This document shows, in pieces, positions 11,860 through 25,190 of a DNA stretch of 64,000 bases (positions are counted from its first letter, which is position 1; each line of letters opens with the position of its first letter). The stretch covers positions 2,666,001 through 2,730,000 of the forward strand of contig NW_027361814.1 in NCBI RefSeq assembly GCF_039654945.1. Direction: 5' to 3'. This DNA comes from Dendrobates tinctorius (Eukaryota). A program made the translations under genes and the position numbers. Under the pieces are notes generated by a model. The model saw only the letters and a program-made list of their open reading frames with translations, did no database searches and was not told the origin of the DNA.

Positions 11860-13972
11860 ATGGCATATGTTGATCTGGGACATTCAACTGCTGCTAAAGG
11901 CGAAATTGGTCAAGTCCGAGGAAGAGGAGGACCAAAGCAAGCCATTTTTCTGGCAACCAATGCTCATGCTCATGATGGCATCGTCTGCGCTTACCAGCCG
12001 TGTGCATTCCTCAAAACACTGAAGGACTTTACAGAGGTCTTTCAGCTTCGACCATTGCACACCTGTCAACTCCATGTCTGCCCTCAAAGTGCCTGCCCGT
12101 GTATCCTCCCACAAATGCATTATGGCCTGCCTCTGTTCTCACAGCCGCTCAACCAGGGCAGGGTGGAGTTCCACCTTGTTGCAACGTCGATAATTAGGCG
12201 GTGCTTGGGAAGGTGGAGCAATCGCTGCAGCTTCTGTATACGACTGGAGTGTACCGGCGACCGGCGGATGTGCGAGCACAGTCTTCGAACCTTATGGAGC
12301 AGGCCTGTTAACTACGGATAATTATTGAGGAAGCACTGCACCACCAGGTTCAAGGTGTGAGCCAAGCAAGGTATGTGTCTGAGTTTTGAAAGGGCTATGG
12401 CTGCCACAAAATTCCATCCGTTATCACTAACTACCTTGCCTGCCTCAAGATGTAGACTGCCCAGCCATGACTCAGTTTGTCGCTGAAAGTAGTCGGCCAG
12501 TACCTCCGCAGTGTGTCTGTCGCCCAAACACATCATCTGCAACACAGCCTGCTGACGCTTTCCACTAGCTGATCGATAGGGGGACACCTTGTGTGCAACA
12601 CTGGCAGCTGCGGATGGAGTGCTCATGCGACTGTGTTCTGTGGACGAGCTTTCGCTTCTGGAGGAGGAGGAGGAGGGTCGAACGCCTACAGCCAACTGTT
12701 TCCTATACCATGGGCTAGGCAGCACTGTCCCACCACCGCTGTCCCCTGTGGACCCTGCATCCACCACATTAACCCAGTGCGCAGTGATGGACACGTAACG
12801 GCCCTGGCCATGCCTACTGGACCATGCATCAGTTGTGAGGTGCACCTTTCCACTCACTGATTGCTTGAGTGCATGGACAATGCGGTCTTTCACATGAAGG
12901 TGGAGGGCTGGGATGGCTTTGCGAGAAAAGAAGTGCCGACTGCCAAGGTCATAGCGTGGTACTGCGTAGGCCATGAGTTTGCGGAAACCTGCGCTTTCAA
13001 CCAACCGGTAGGGCATCATTTCTAACGAGATTAGTTTGGCAATGTGGGCTTTCAAACTCAGTGTACGCGGATGAGAGGATGAGTACTTTCTTGTCCTACC
13101 CATAGTCTCTGGTAAGGTGAGCTGGACTTGAGAGCTGCATATGGTGGAACTAGCGGTGGACATGGCGGACTGAGAGAGGGTTGATGATGGTGATGGAGTT
13201 GGTGTTCTTTCTGATGGCCTAGATTCAGTCTTTCGTTGATATAACATTGTGATTTCCTGACTGCTTTGTCCTTGCGATGACACCTCAACATTTGCTGTTG
13301 GTGGTGTGCTAACCGGTGGGGTTACAGTGGGGGAAACAATGTAGCGTTGCTGACTATCTTCTTTGGGAGCAGTTGCACATGTGGTACGTGAGGTTTGGTA
13401 GTCCGTCCACGATTGCAAGTGCATGGTGGTTAAATGTCTAAGCATGCAACTGGTATTTCTCATATATTTCTCAGATTTTTCCTTCAGCTAAAGATCTTTG
13501 CGCACTTCTTGCAGATAACCTTTGCCTGATCATTAGGATTTTGTTCAAAAAAGTGCCACACTGCACTCTTCCTACTATGGAAGACATTTTGAGGCCTTGC
13601 ACGCTGTGCTTTGACCATCTGGCCAAGCTGTCCTGCAACTCTTTTAGTTTTTGTAACCCGTTTTTGGACTGCTCCGCGCCTGCCAGATAACAGCTGTTGC
13701 GATGTCGATTCCTGCTGTGGATGCTCCTCCTCCTCTTCTGAACTACTGGCAGCGGCACCCTCTTCCCCCAATGGATGCCAATCTGGGTCAACAACTGGGT
13801 CATCCATCACCTCCTCTTCAATGTCATGTGCATCTTCCTCTGTGTCACCGTGTATGGTGGTATAGTATGTGGGAAGGGGCACCTGAGTTTTATCAGGGTC
13901 CAATTCTGGCTCAGTACACTGCGAGGACAATGTAGTGCTCTGAGTGAATGTACCAGCAGATAAATACCGCAA
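11860..13972 (-). pseudogene. hAT transposase with BED zinc finger, frameshifted and C-terminally truncated
   Basis: RKSAVWHFF..VICKKC (BED finger), VHLTTDAWSS, YVSITAHWV, VVSDNG, CLAHTLNLVVQ, LQCFEECTRLVS. Confidence 0.92.
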
Positions 13973-14940
13973 TGTGACAGGCAGAAATTGGCTGGTCTAT
14001 GAGAAGGCAGAAGATGTATATAGTATTGGTGAGAATATGAAGCTCACTATAGATTGGAGGACGCTGATCTGTTGCCTCAGGCCCAGGACAGATTACACCG
14101 CAATGTGACAGGCAGAAATTGCCTAGTGTCTGACTAACTACAAGGTGTATATAGAATTGGGCAGAATTGGAATCTCCCTAGAGTGTAGGTCTGTAAGAAC
14201 GGACAAACTCCTCGGCTTTTCCTTACAGAGTCACACACTTAGATAGCTTCATTTTGGCCGTGATAGCAGCCGGTACACGGTACTGTGTGAGGAGCGTACA
14301 CCGCTGTACGGTGTGTGAAAAAATGAACGCTCAGTAACTCACCAGGACAAAACAATAAAATTTGGATTGCTTTGAAAAAAGCAGTTTGCTCAGCAGTGTG
14401 AAAACAGCAATGCAGCTATCAGGGAGCCTTAAAAGGCAGCCTAATAACCAACAGAGCTGATGCACCAAAATATAGCCTCCCCTTGCACTGCACACTAACT
14501 GGTGTGTTGTACAGGCAAAATCGCTAGCAGCAGAAGTAGTTTTTGGTATCTTCTTCCCTGCCTAACGCTCTTCCTACAGAATCATCATCAGCAGCAGCTC
14601 TCCCTATTCTGAGATCAGCATAAGTAACATGGCGGTCGGCGTGCACGCCATTTTATACCCCCTGTGACGCCGCACAAAGCAAGCCAATCACTTGCATGCC
14701 CTTCACAAACATGGTGGTAACCGCTGCCTATGTCATCACGTTGCCCACAGTGTCCGTTCTTCCTGATTGGCTGAAAAAGGGCGCAAAAGCATCTTTTGAA
14801 ATGTGATTTTGGCGTGATGGTCGCCGACCTCGTGGCCAACCTCACGCTAAGGTCGGGTTTCGTTTCATGAAACCCGACTTTGGCGAAAGTCGGCGACTTT
14901 TGAATTTTTTAGACCCGTTTCGCTCAACTCTACTGGTGAC

Positions 14941-16040
14941 TTCTTGGACAAAATCAAAATAATAGGCCCTATACCTAAAACAGCCATTCTAGTCACTATG
15001 GATGTGAAGGACCTACACACATCCATACCCCCCAGACATGGTATTTCATGTGTAAAAAAATTGCTAGAATCCTCCAAAATGCATAGTGACACCATTTAGT
15101 TCTGTCTTGAACTTCTTACCTTAGTTTTAACTAAGAATTTTTTTATGTTTGAGGATCTATTTTACCTACAGACCAGAGGCACAGCCATGGGGTCCAATGT
15201 GGCCCCCCTTACGCCATCTGCTATATGGCACACTTTGAAGAGGAGGTTGTCTACCCTGACCCTCTATTCCGTACACATAATTTAATGTGGAAAAGATATA
15301 TCGACTATATATTCTGCATTTGGGACGGCCCTGAAACTTCCTTATCATCTTTCTTTGGTAAATTAAATTTGGCATGGCCAGGTATTTCCTTTACCATATC
15401 AACAAGTCAACACAAAGTCAATTTCCTTGATACTTTGGTCATTAAAAATGAGGCGGGCAATCTAAGCACAGATTTGTACACAAAAACCACAGATCGAAAC
15501 AGTCTTCTACATTTTGACAGTCTGCATCCTCCAGCTGTAAAACGCTCGATTCCTCGTTCACAGTTTAAAAGGGTACAGAGGATTGTATCTGATCCCTCCA
15601 ACCACGATGTTATATACACGGAGATGTATACCAAATTTATCGAACGTGGTTATCCTCCCAACCTTTTGTCGGAAGCTACCCGACCTTCAGAAAGGCCCTC
15701 TTCCACTATAGACAAACGAATTCCTTTTGTCCACACCTATCATCCCCTTGTCCACATTCTACATAAAACTATCAGAAGTCATTGGGGCCTGTTAGGAAAA
15801 GCACATCCAGAAATTACAGAGTTCCAAAACCCTTTTTTACCGTGCTATAAGAGACCCTCAATCCTCCGTGACAGCCTTGTTAGTGCCGACATAGGCTCTA
15901 CCAGTCAGAATCCCACTCAGAGATTCCTACAGAACCCCAGGATAGGAACATCTCTCTGTCTACAGTGCAATCAATGCAACAATGTAATGAAGGGCAATAC
16001 ATTTCATCACCCACACTCAGGCAAACAGTATAACATCAAT
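14941..16040 (+). pseudogene. Penelope RT C-terminal part and thumb/linker; GIY-YIG endonuclease missing
   Basis: Resumes FLDKI..LVTMDVKDLHTSIP; QTRGTAMGS; catalytic motif reads YIDY instead of YIDD; VNFLD, TDLYTK, CLQCNQC. Confidence 0.9.
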
Positions 16041-17021
16041 TTGCATCCTCTTTTGCTTTCCTCTCACAGTCAAGATTGTTTATTGCATATAGTGTACAAC
16101 TTTTTCATATGGTCCGCTATAATGTTCTCTGAATACATCTGACAACGGCAGATTCCGGGTCAGTGTAGGAGAGACTAAGCACAGCGCCTGGTAAGTAATC
16201 CCTGTTGGGGTTTTCTGTATTGTCCTTAATCGACATAGCACGCTGCCTCAGATGTGTCTCTGACACTCAGCGCCGCTGCCACCAGTGGCACTAATGTGCT
16301 ACCACCACTAACCATTGTTACTCATGAATATGGGATCCTTATCAGGCACAGCGCGCTGTCTCACATGTGTCTCTTACACTCAGCGCTGCCGCCACCACTG
16401 ACTCTAATGAGCTTTCATTACTAACCTCCGTTACCCAGGTGGTTCCCTTTGTTTTTTATATTTGATATACTTTACCTCACTTTCTAGCTGAAAAAGTTCT
16501 GATGGGGACGACTAATAAATATATAGTGTTTGCCCATACAATCCCCCATATCTGCCTTCATGCACACTAATGGAAACCCTTTGTTTTCTGCAGCTTTTCA
16601 AATCCCTGCTTTTGGCCAGCTTTGACCTATGGACCCCTTTCTCATATTTGCAGTATGCTCCTATATTTATGTTTAAAGGGACACTACCATCATTCAACTG
16701 CCTAATTTTTCATTCATTTTCACTCATCACTTGCAGGACTAAACTCTAGTTACGGTTGCTGCTACGCCATCTTCACCTACAGGCACATTTAGCCCAGTAT
16801 CTATACTTATTCATGCAGCAGTCGGGTAGGTACCTGAACCCATCTCCCTCATTTCATCTTATTTTTCTTATTCTCTTATCTTCACAATTTTATGCTAAAA
16901 GACCTTCTTATCTCACTATATATCATAATGGCATTTTTCCTGTTGTTTTTCCTTTTTACCCTTGATGGATTTTGCGTTCTGTTTCTAAAGATTTATTTGT
17001 TTAATTTTATTATATATTATT

Positions 17022-17073
17022 GTCAGGCTGATGAAGGTCCAACTGGGACCGAAACGTCCTCGGTTTTTTTGAC
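17022..17073 (+). ncRNA. Minimal hammerhead ribozyme core in Penelope pLTR
   Basis: CTGATGA(17028)-A-GGTCC-aactg-GGACC-GAAAC-GTC(17056-17058). Confidence 0.8.
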
Positions 17074-17196
17074 TGCCTAAATAAAAAATCTAGATTTCCT
17101 TATCATAAGTTGAGTGCCAAGTTTCTTACTTCTATCTTACTGGCTTGAGAACCTACTTAAGCACCTTCACAGTAGTGCTACGGTTCATTCTCTTAT

Positions 17197-17830
17197 CCCA
17201 TTCTGGTATATGTCCTTGTATATGCTCCCTCATCGTGGTATTTTTACCTCATCCTTGTATATGTTCCACTATCCTGGTATATGCTCCCACATCCTTCTAT
17301 ATGTCCCCATCCTTGCTTATTACCCCAATCCTGGTATATGCTCCCCCATCCTGGAATATGCTCCCAATCCTTGTATATGCCCCCATCCTGGTATAGGGCC
17401 CCTATCCTCGTGTATGCACCTCATCCTGGTACATGGCCCCCATCCTTGTATATGTCCCTCCATCTTGGTATATTGTATATGGCCCCCTAATATATATCAC
17501 CTGTCCTTGTATGTGCTTCCCCATCCTTGTATATGCCTCCATCCTGGTATATATCCCCCATCCTTGTATATGCCCCCATCCTGGTATATATCTCTTATCC
17601 TTGTATTTGCTCCCCATCATGGGATATTTCCCTCATCCTGGTATATATATTTCGCATCCTTGTATATGTCCCCCATCCTGGTATAAATCCCTCTTCCTTG
17701 TATATACCTCCCATCCTTGTATATACCCCCAATCCTGGTATATGTTCCCCCCATCCTGCTATATGTCCCCCATCCTGGTATATATCCCCCATCCTTGTAT
17801 ATGCCCCTCCATCGTGGGATATTTCCCCAA
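17197..17830. repeat. ~19-20 bp minisatellite, right half
   Basis: Same unit as 2322-2772. Confidence 0.9.
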
Positions 17831-18879
17831 TCATGCCTTTGAAAAAAAACAATAAATGATCCTACTCACCTTTACCCCGCTACCGAATCCCCATACACAG
17901 TGTCTTCAATAAAATGGTGATGTAGTGTGGTAGGCGCACGTGCTGATACCGGCGCCACACAGCACAGGTGCCGCCCATCCCAGCTTCAGACAGAAGGACA
18001 CATCCACCATTACATATAAGACAGCCACCCCCTTTTTTTTTTTACTTTCATGATCTTTTTTGCAATACTTTCATGTAGGTGACGTTTAGTCAGGTACTTT
18101 CTTCAGCTGCTTCATATGTCAAAAGAATCCAATTTAAATCTCATAGAAACCCTCTAAGCTATATGGTAACATGCTGAAAAATAAAATAAAACCAAACCAA
18201 ACTAGCCGTCAATTGCTCAGGACACACGTAACAAACAAGAAAAATAACTGTAAGAAGTGTTTTATTTTGTGACAACAGCAATATGACAGTTTCCCATATA
18301 ACGAAAACATGACACTTTTCCAAATATCAGAGGATGCATCAACTGCTCCTGGGACTCCAGCGCTGTCACATAAATGGAAGGTCACAGGCTGCTTTCCTGA
18401 TTTCCACAGTTACAAAATGTTGAGGAGAGGTCTTTGCACACTAAATGCTGCAGGCTGGGGGGAATTTTTGTTTTCTGTATCATGATAAATCTGACAGGAG
18501 AAAAAAGGTCTCGGCCTGACAGCAGTAACCCTTAGATTTAAGGACTGTGCCCCCAGCAACCCAGAAGTCAAATCACCTATGTTAACTTTTAGTTTTCTCC
18601 ATCTTAAATTTCCTAAAAGTGTCTGCTGCATATATTTGTTTTATGCCTCTGACAGTATCCTCTTCTAATGCCCTAAAGCACAATCATAAATAGCGTTTAC
18701 ACAGGCTCTGCATGTCTCGCAGAAGGTAAAACGCACTATTCTATAAAAAGATGCATGCAGCTCAGACTCCCATAGTCTTTTATAAAGCAGGTCATGTATG
18801 AGAAGTGTCAGTGTCGGAAAATGTCTTTAAAAATGGCTCCTATTCTGGCTGCCTACGCATGGGGCTTCGTCCAAACTTG

Positions 18880-19638
18880 GTGGCTGTTCTTTGGAAGGAA
18901 TATCTTCATGTCCATTATGCCTGTTCTTTGGAAGGAAGATGGTCATGTCCATGATGACTGTTCTTTGGAAGGAAGGTGGTCATGTCCATGATGGCTATTC
19001 TTTGGAACAAAGATGTTCATGGTCATAATGCCTGTTCTTAGGAACGAAGATGTTCATGTTCATGATGGCTGTTCTTTGGAAGGAAGATGTTCATGTTCAT
19101 AATGCCTGTTCTTTGGAAAGAAGATGTTCATGTCTATGATGGCTGCTCTTTGGAAGAAAGATGTTCATGTCCATGATGGCTATTCTTTGGAAGGAAGATG
19201 TTCATGTTCATTATAGCTGTTCTTTGGAAGGAAGATGGTCATGTCCATGATGGCTGTTCTTTGAAAGGAAGATTTTCATGTCCATGATGGCTGTTCTTTG
19301 GAAGGAAGATGTCCATGATGGCTGTTTTTTGGAAGGAAGATGTCCATGATGACTGTTCTTTGGAAGGAAGATGTTCATGTTCATGATGGCTGTTCTTTGG
19401 AAGGAAGATGGTCATGTCCATGATGGCTGTTCTTTGAAAGGAAGATGTTCATGTCCATGATGGCTGTTCTTTGGAAGGAAGATGTTCATGATGGCTCTTC
19501 TTTGGAAGGAAGATGTTCATGTCCATGATGGCTGTTCTTTGGAAGGCAGATGGTCATGTCCATGATGGCTGTTCTTTGGAAGGCAGATGGTCATGTCCAC
19601 GATGGCTGCTCTTTGGAAGGAAGATGGTCATGTCCATA
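18880..19638. repeat. ~37-bp minisatellite (GGAAGGAAGATGTTCATGTCCATGATGGCTGTTCTTT)
   Basis: About 20 tandem units, a few shortened. Confidence 0.95.
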
Positions 19639-20068
19639 ATTATAATCAAGTTGATTTTCCAACAATTTTACAAGAATTTTGTTGCATTTTGTTAGTAGAA
19701 GAGGTGGCCTTAGGACAATCTTTGCCCTTATGTTCGATAGGGGCATGTAGATGCCAAACAGGAAGGTTTTTACTCTCACAACCTGAACTGAGTCCAAGTG
19801 ATCCTGAATCTTCAGAGATTCATTTTATTGACGTCTAAGGATTGTCCTGAATTTAAAAAAAAGATGGCTGAGAATGTGTTAAAACAAAATAATTATTACT
19901 TACGAAGGATCATCAATAATTTAACTGACTAAATGTGAAAAGAAATTTTTCTGAGAAAATTGAACTTGCTACTTTTTAATGGACTTTTAACCACACTTAT
20001 TCCACTTCACCTCCAGTGATCAGATGCCCTCAGAATAAGAGACTTCTTAACAGATCTCCAATCCTTCA

Positions 20069-20447
20069 GGCTGTGTGCACACGCTGAGGATTAGGTGCGG
20101 ATTCATCCGCGCGGATTTTGTAAAATCCGCAGGTGAAACCGCAGGTCAAAATACCTGCGGTTTTACCTGCGGATTGCTCTGCGGTTTTGCCCTGCGGTTT
20201 TTCATCTCCTCAATGGAGGAGATGGCAAACCACAGGAGAATCCGCAGAAAAAATTGACATGTCAATTCTTTCTGCTGATTGAAAACCGCAGATAATCCGC
20301 GTGGAAAATTCCGCACCGTCTGCATTGCGGTTTTTGATTCCCATAGGAAATCATGGTACTGTACACCGAAGCAAAAACTGCTGCAGGTCCGCAGCGGTCA
20401 AAACCGCTGCGGAACCGCAGCAAAATCCGCAGCGTGTGCACACAGCC
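20069..20447. mobile_element. PIF/Harbinger-type MITE
   Basis: tca|GGCTGTGTGCACACGCTG ... CAGCGTGTGCACACAGCC|taa. Confidence 0.85.
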
Positions 20448-22160
20448 TAACTTTCCTTGAAGAGCCGCACTGTACTGCACTTGCCATCCTGTCACTTCCA
20501 GTGCTTTCATCAAAATAAATTTCAACTGTGTTTTTTGCATGTTCAGACATGGCACAACATGCACAAAAAATATCAGCTCTCTAAAGGTGCTTTCAAATTA
20601 CAATCAGGCACCCATTCGTTGGCCGCGCCAGGGCTTCTTTCTGTACCGCCTGGGATTCAGGCGTATGCATCAATGGGGCCTTAGACTATAATGGGTGTCC
20701 GCGTCTAGTGGGCGTATACGCCATAAAATTATGCACAGCAGAGAGCACGTTTACTCTGCTGCACCTTTATTGTCTACGGTCCCTTCGGCACATATGTCCA
20801 ATTCCTATTTTGCTGGTGGTTTCCATCTAAGGCCCAACGGAAGCCACTGAGGAGGTGCTTAAATGCAGTGTGAAAGCACACTAACATTGACAGAACATGC
20901 TGGGGTAGGTAACTTATTGAACACCCCTCATACCTATTCAACAACCCTGCCACGCTAGTATAGCTGATCTGATGGACCCTTCGGGACAGCAATAATTGTG
21001 TGACGTGAATCATTCATATGACCACTGCAGCTAATCATTGGACAAAGCTGACATGGGTTGTACATGCTAATAACATGGCTGCGACCAGTGATTGGAGCAG
21101 TGGTCACACAGATCAATACTGTTTAGTGGCCAGCATAGGTTATAATACTGTATAAACATTGTCAATGGAATTAGAACACTTCTAACTAAACCCTAATAAA
21201 GCATAACTTTCAATCCGTATTGTTTAATGACGTAAAAGACCCTATTTGTAAAAGAAACGCATAATGCTATAATAAGGAGCTTAGATTAAACAGGTATATC
21301 CTGATTTTAGATAGGTAAAGTGATAAGTGCTTCTAATTTAAGGTATCCATCTCACAAGTGTTATTGACGAGATCCTATCATCTTATTGTTACTATTGTCT
21401 AACATATGCTATCTAAAATTAATCAGCAGCTAGCCTCTCCAACATGTTTCACCACACAGGCATCATCAGGGGGATGAGGCTATAATGGAATGGACCTGTG
21501 GAGCAGCGGAGCTGGAGTGGCAGTTTGAAAAAGTGGCAAATGTGCTACTTTAAAAGTTTTTAAAAAAATCCAGACAATTATTTCCTCCACTAAAGCTGAA
21601 AAATATTAAGGTTCTACTTTTTTTTTGCCTTATTTGGATCCAGGATTTTTGCCCAATACATGTAAGAATCATAAAACAGGCTATCCATTCTCAAAACTTT
21701 AGAGAAAAATCAGTCAGCAGGGTAACAAGAATTGGCCATTCCTGTCTCAAAGTGGGGGGCAAAGGCAAATCTAGGCTTTCCTGCAACCAGGGGAAAAAAA
21801 AATCAGTTTGGTATCCCCTTCTATACACAATTTAAGCGGTTTCTTTAGTCATCATGACACCGCTCATATAAACGGTAATTTGTGTACTTACAGTCACGAG
21901 CCAACTAGCTGCTCTTCGTAATTCTCTCATTGTTCCGTGAAAAAATACAGCCCTTGTTTCATTGAGAGAAACAATAAAAAAGCTAGTTGCCAGACGATTG
22001 GTCATATGATGACTGCTGGAGCTAGCAAGCAGAGCCGAATCCTGACAGTAAGTATATTACACACAGTTAGGATTGGGCATGCTACAGTGCTGCAGTTTAT
22101 AATTAATGCCCCTAACATAAAGTAATCCTTAACTTGTCAGACACCACAGTACTTTAATAA

Positions 22161-22619
22161 AGGGAAAATGTCACCAGAAAAAAGCACTATTTACCTGCAG
22201 ATTTGGGGTTAATCTGCAGGTCAATAGAGTTATTAACCTGTCCAACATCAGCAGGAACTTTATTCCCCCTCAGAGTGTTTTGGTTTTAGTCACTGGGTGT
22301 TGCCAGCACGGATTCAGTCACCGCTAAGTATATAGAGCAGTGGGTGTAACCGCACCTCTGGCACTGACTGACAGCTTGTCCCAGTGCAGAGCCAGTGTAA
22401 GTCAGGACCGCTGAGCAGTATACTCAGAACCGTGACTGAATCCACGCCTGCGCCACCCTGGTGACTGAATCTGGAATGCGAAAGGGGGGAAAAAGTCCAT
22501 TTTCTCCTTGCAGAGTTCAGCTAAGTGTGGGTGCCGGGCAAGTTAATAACACTAATAATCTGCAGATTAATCCCATATCTGCAGGTTAATAGTGTGTTTT
22601 TATTGGTAACAGGTTCCCT
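22161..22619. mobile_element. T2/Kolobok-type MITE
   Basis: (a)taa|AGGGAAAATGTCACC ... GGTAACAGGTTCCCT|TTAA with subterminal inverted repeats. Confidence 0.75.
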
Positions 22620-22766
22620 TTAATGTACCCATGCATCATGTTATCTGACAAGTTATGGATTGTTACTTGTGTACAGGATCAGAATCCATAATATTTCATG
22701 AATACATCACCAGAACAACCAACAGTACAAAAATACATCACCAAAACCATCATAACTACAGATATA

Positions 22767-23035
22767 CAATTGTGTGAAAAAGTGTTTGCGCTCTTGCTGA
22801 TTTCCTATTCTTTGGCTTGTTTGACACAGTTAAATGTTTCAGATCACCAAACAAATTTAAATATTAGACAACGATAACACAAGTAAACACAAAATGCAGT
22901 TCTTAAACTAAATTATTCATTATTAAGGTAAAAATAATTCCAAACCTACAGGGCCCTGTGCGAAAAAGTGATTGCCCCATAAACCTAATAACTGGCTTTG
23001 CCACCACCCTTAGCAGCAACAACTGCAATCAAGCT
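22767..23035 (+). mobile_element. Tc1-like terminal fragment
   Basis: TA|CAATTGTGTGAAAAAGTGTTTGC with inner repeat TGTGCGAAAAAGTGATTGCCCC; truncated. Confidence 0.6.
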
Positions 23036-23228
23036 GAAATACATCCCCTGAACCACAATCACTATAGAAATACATCACCAGAATCATGAACAGCACAGGA
23101 ATACAAAGACACAGTTCACAGACAGAGTCCACTGAGCAAACGTTCAGCGAGCACCCCTGGCCCCTTGCACTTAAATAGACAGGACTGACACAGTTCCTTC
23201 CCACGGGTTACCTTTTCTTTCTAGCTAC

Positions 23229-23920
23229 TGTAGTCCTGCAATCATAAATTCAGGGTTACTGCTGTGATCCAACAGGGATATCTTTATTTTATGTTTTTAC
23301 AATAATAACAAAGTAGGAAAAGGTAGAAGAAAAGAAGATACAACACTGACTTCCTGCTCTTTCCCTGACACTATCCACGGCAGTACCCACAACGGCCGAG
23401 ATCAGGCAATCAGTCCACTCACTGGAATCTGGACGCTTATAGTCCCTTCAGCTGGGGCCCAACCGAAGTCTTGTGGCCCGTGTTATGGTCCTTTAGTCCT
23501 TAGTCCATAGTCCTTAGTCCAGGGCAGCAGATTTCCTCTGTCCTGGGAGTATGGTAATTCCCCGGCTGCAGCCACACGTCTGCTCAAGGCTAACATGCCC
23601 GAGCTTCTCAATGGGACAGCAGCATCATGCCGCCTTTTTCTGAGCTGGCCTAGCCCATAACATTAACTCACTACTCTCCCTAACTCTAATAACAGCAATA
23701 CATAACACAGTGAATATCACATCACAGGCAATTTAAAGAGCACTTGCGCAATAAAACAATATGACTAGAACACATCGAGGTAAGGCAGTTTAATGCAATT
23801 ATTTTGCATTTACAGTGAATACAACAATGGCACACAGTGAGAACGTACATGAGACATATTTTACACAAAGCGCATGGGCAGGAGAGAGAGCGCACTGAAG
23901 TCCTCCGCTACCTCCTTACA
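23229..23920 (-). mobile_element. Solo-LTR-like segment
   Basis: TGTA...TACA termini and LTR-like composition; no convincing TSD. Confidence 0.3.
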
Positions 23921-24479
23921 TGTATGCATCCTAACAGTTTAAATACATATTCTCAAGGGGAGAAAGCACGTGGGAGAAACACTGATTACATCATGGGTAA
24001 GCACTGAGCTGGTATTAGCACTGCATGTGTGGCCTGAGTGATCGACCCTTTCATTATTCTAAGGGAGAAATCCTTGAAATAGTTGTTAATAATCGCAGGA
24101 TGATAGGTTGATCCGTACTGGGGTCCATTGCGATTCTATTGCCCTATATGAACTTTTTGACTTATCACCACTGCTTTTCTTTTGCTTTGCACATCCTCTT
24201 TATATAAAAACCTCACGCATATGTCCTTTTTTGTTTGTTATATATGTCTTTTAAATGTATGTTCAATAAACTTTATTCATTTTAGTTTTGAGTAATTGTG
24301 ATTTATGGATATTTTGCATCCATTTTTAGGTTATATATATGATTTAATACACTATAAGTATATAAATATGTGTTATTGGAGAGACAAGTACAGATATACT
24401 GTATCTCTAGGCACCATTATTATTATTTTATGCTTTATGAATGTTTGTTTCTTGTTTTGTATGCGTAGTAATTCCTTAT

Positions 24480-24817
24480 CCTTCTCTGTTTTTGTTTATT
24501 CCACTACCTTCACACCCCAGTGCATTCCTCTGTTACATGTGAGTGAATATTTTGTATGCCTGGAGTTTTCTATTAACCCTTGTCTGTGTTGCCTTGTTTG
24601 TCGGTATGGCATACTATGGTGCACAGTAGCGCCTCTCTTCCCTGGGTGGGAGAAGAGATTAGAAGGAATGTTAACTTAGGAGATAAGGCAAGGGCGGAGG
24701 CCCCAGCATCTTCGCCATCTGAAGTATTACGGGGAGCAGGGCGAGATAAGGCTTCCCCTAGTGTTAGGGACAGGTAAGGAGCCCCTGTCCCGGGTCACCC
24801 GACAGCTGTGTTGTGAC
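24480..24817 (+). mobile_element. LTR 3' fragment
   Basis: Ends GTGACA; similar in reverse to the start of 59257-59924 (cctaacactaggg, caggggctc). Confidence 0.55.
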
Positions 24818-24879
24818 ATCACCACTCTCCAAATAGCAATACTGTTTCTATTCTCTAAATATAAAAAACATCATCATTA

Positions 24880-25190
24880 AAATAGGAAATATCACTACAA
24901 AAATAGCAGAAGACATCAGTGCTCCCCATATATAGCAGAGGAGGACATCACTGCTTCCCAAATGTACCAGATGTCATTACTGCTCCTCAAATCTAGTAGA
25001 GGAGGACATAACTGCTTCCCAAATATAGCAAATGACATCATTGCTCCCCAAGTATAACAGATGTCATCACTGCTCCCCAAATCTAGAAGAGGACATAACT
25101 GCTTCCCAAATATAGCAAACTACATCATTGCTCCCCAAGTATAACAGATGACATCACTGCTCCCCAATAATATAAGTTGTTATCACTACT
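24880..25190. repeat. ~31-36 bp minisatellite (CATCACTGCTCCCCAAATATAGCAGA..)
   Basis: Degenerate tandem units. Confidence 0.85.

Larger units (their letters stand above)
3522..14932 (-). mobile_element. Composite hAT DNA transposon, 11.4 kb
   Basis: TIRs TGGAGATGAGCGA / TCGCTCAACTCTA; perfect 8-bp TSD CTGGTGAC (3514-3521, 14933-14940); transposase remnants on the minus strand. Confidence 0.93.
2773..17196 (+). mobile_element. Penelope-like retroelement, 5'-truncated, with inverted pLTR; interrupted by hAT
   Basis: RT motifs on both sides of the hAT; 2773-2928 is the reverse complement of 16979-17134; candidate TSD CCCATTCTGGTATA at 2759-2772 and 17197-17210. Confidence 0.9.

Noticed and set aside
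17114-17859. Long ORFs rich in HP/ILVY/SWY
   Set aside because: Translations of the minisatellite (the same applies to 2249-2804).
18880-19638. 37-bp repeats as CRISPR or a coding repeat
   Set aside because: Head-to-tail minisatellite with no unique spacers and no sustained ORF.
19640-19855. Possible minus-strand exon after a T-rich ..CAG acceptor
   Set aside because: All three frames stop within about 11 codons; cannot be supported without RNA data.
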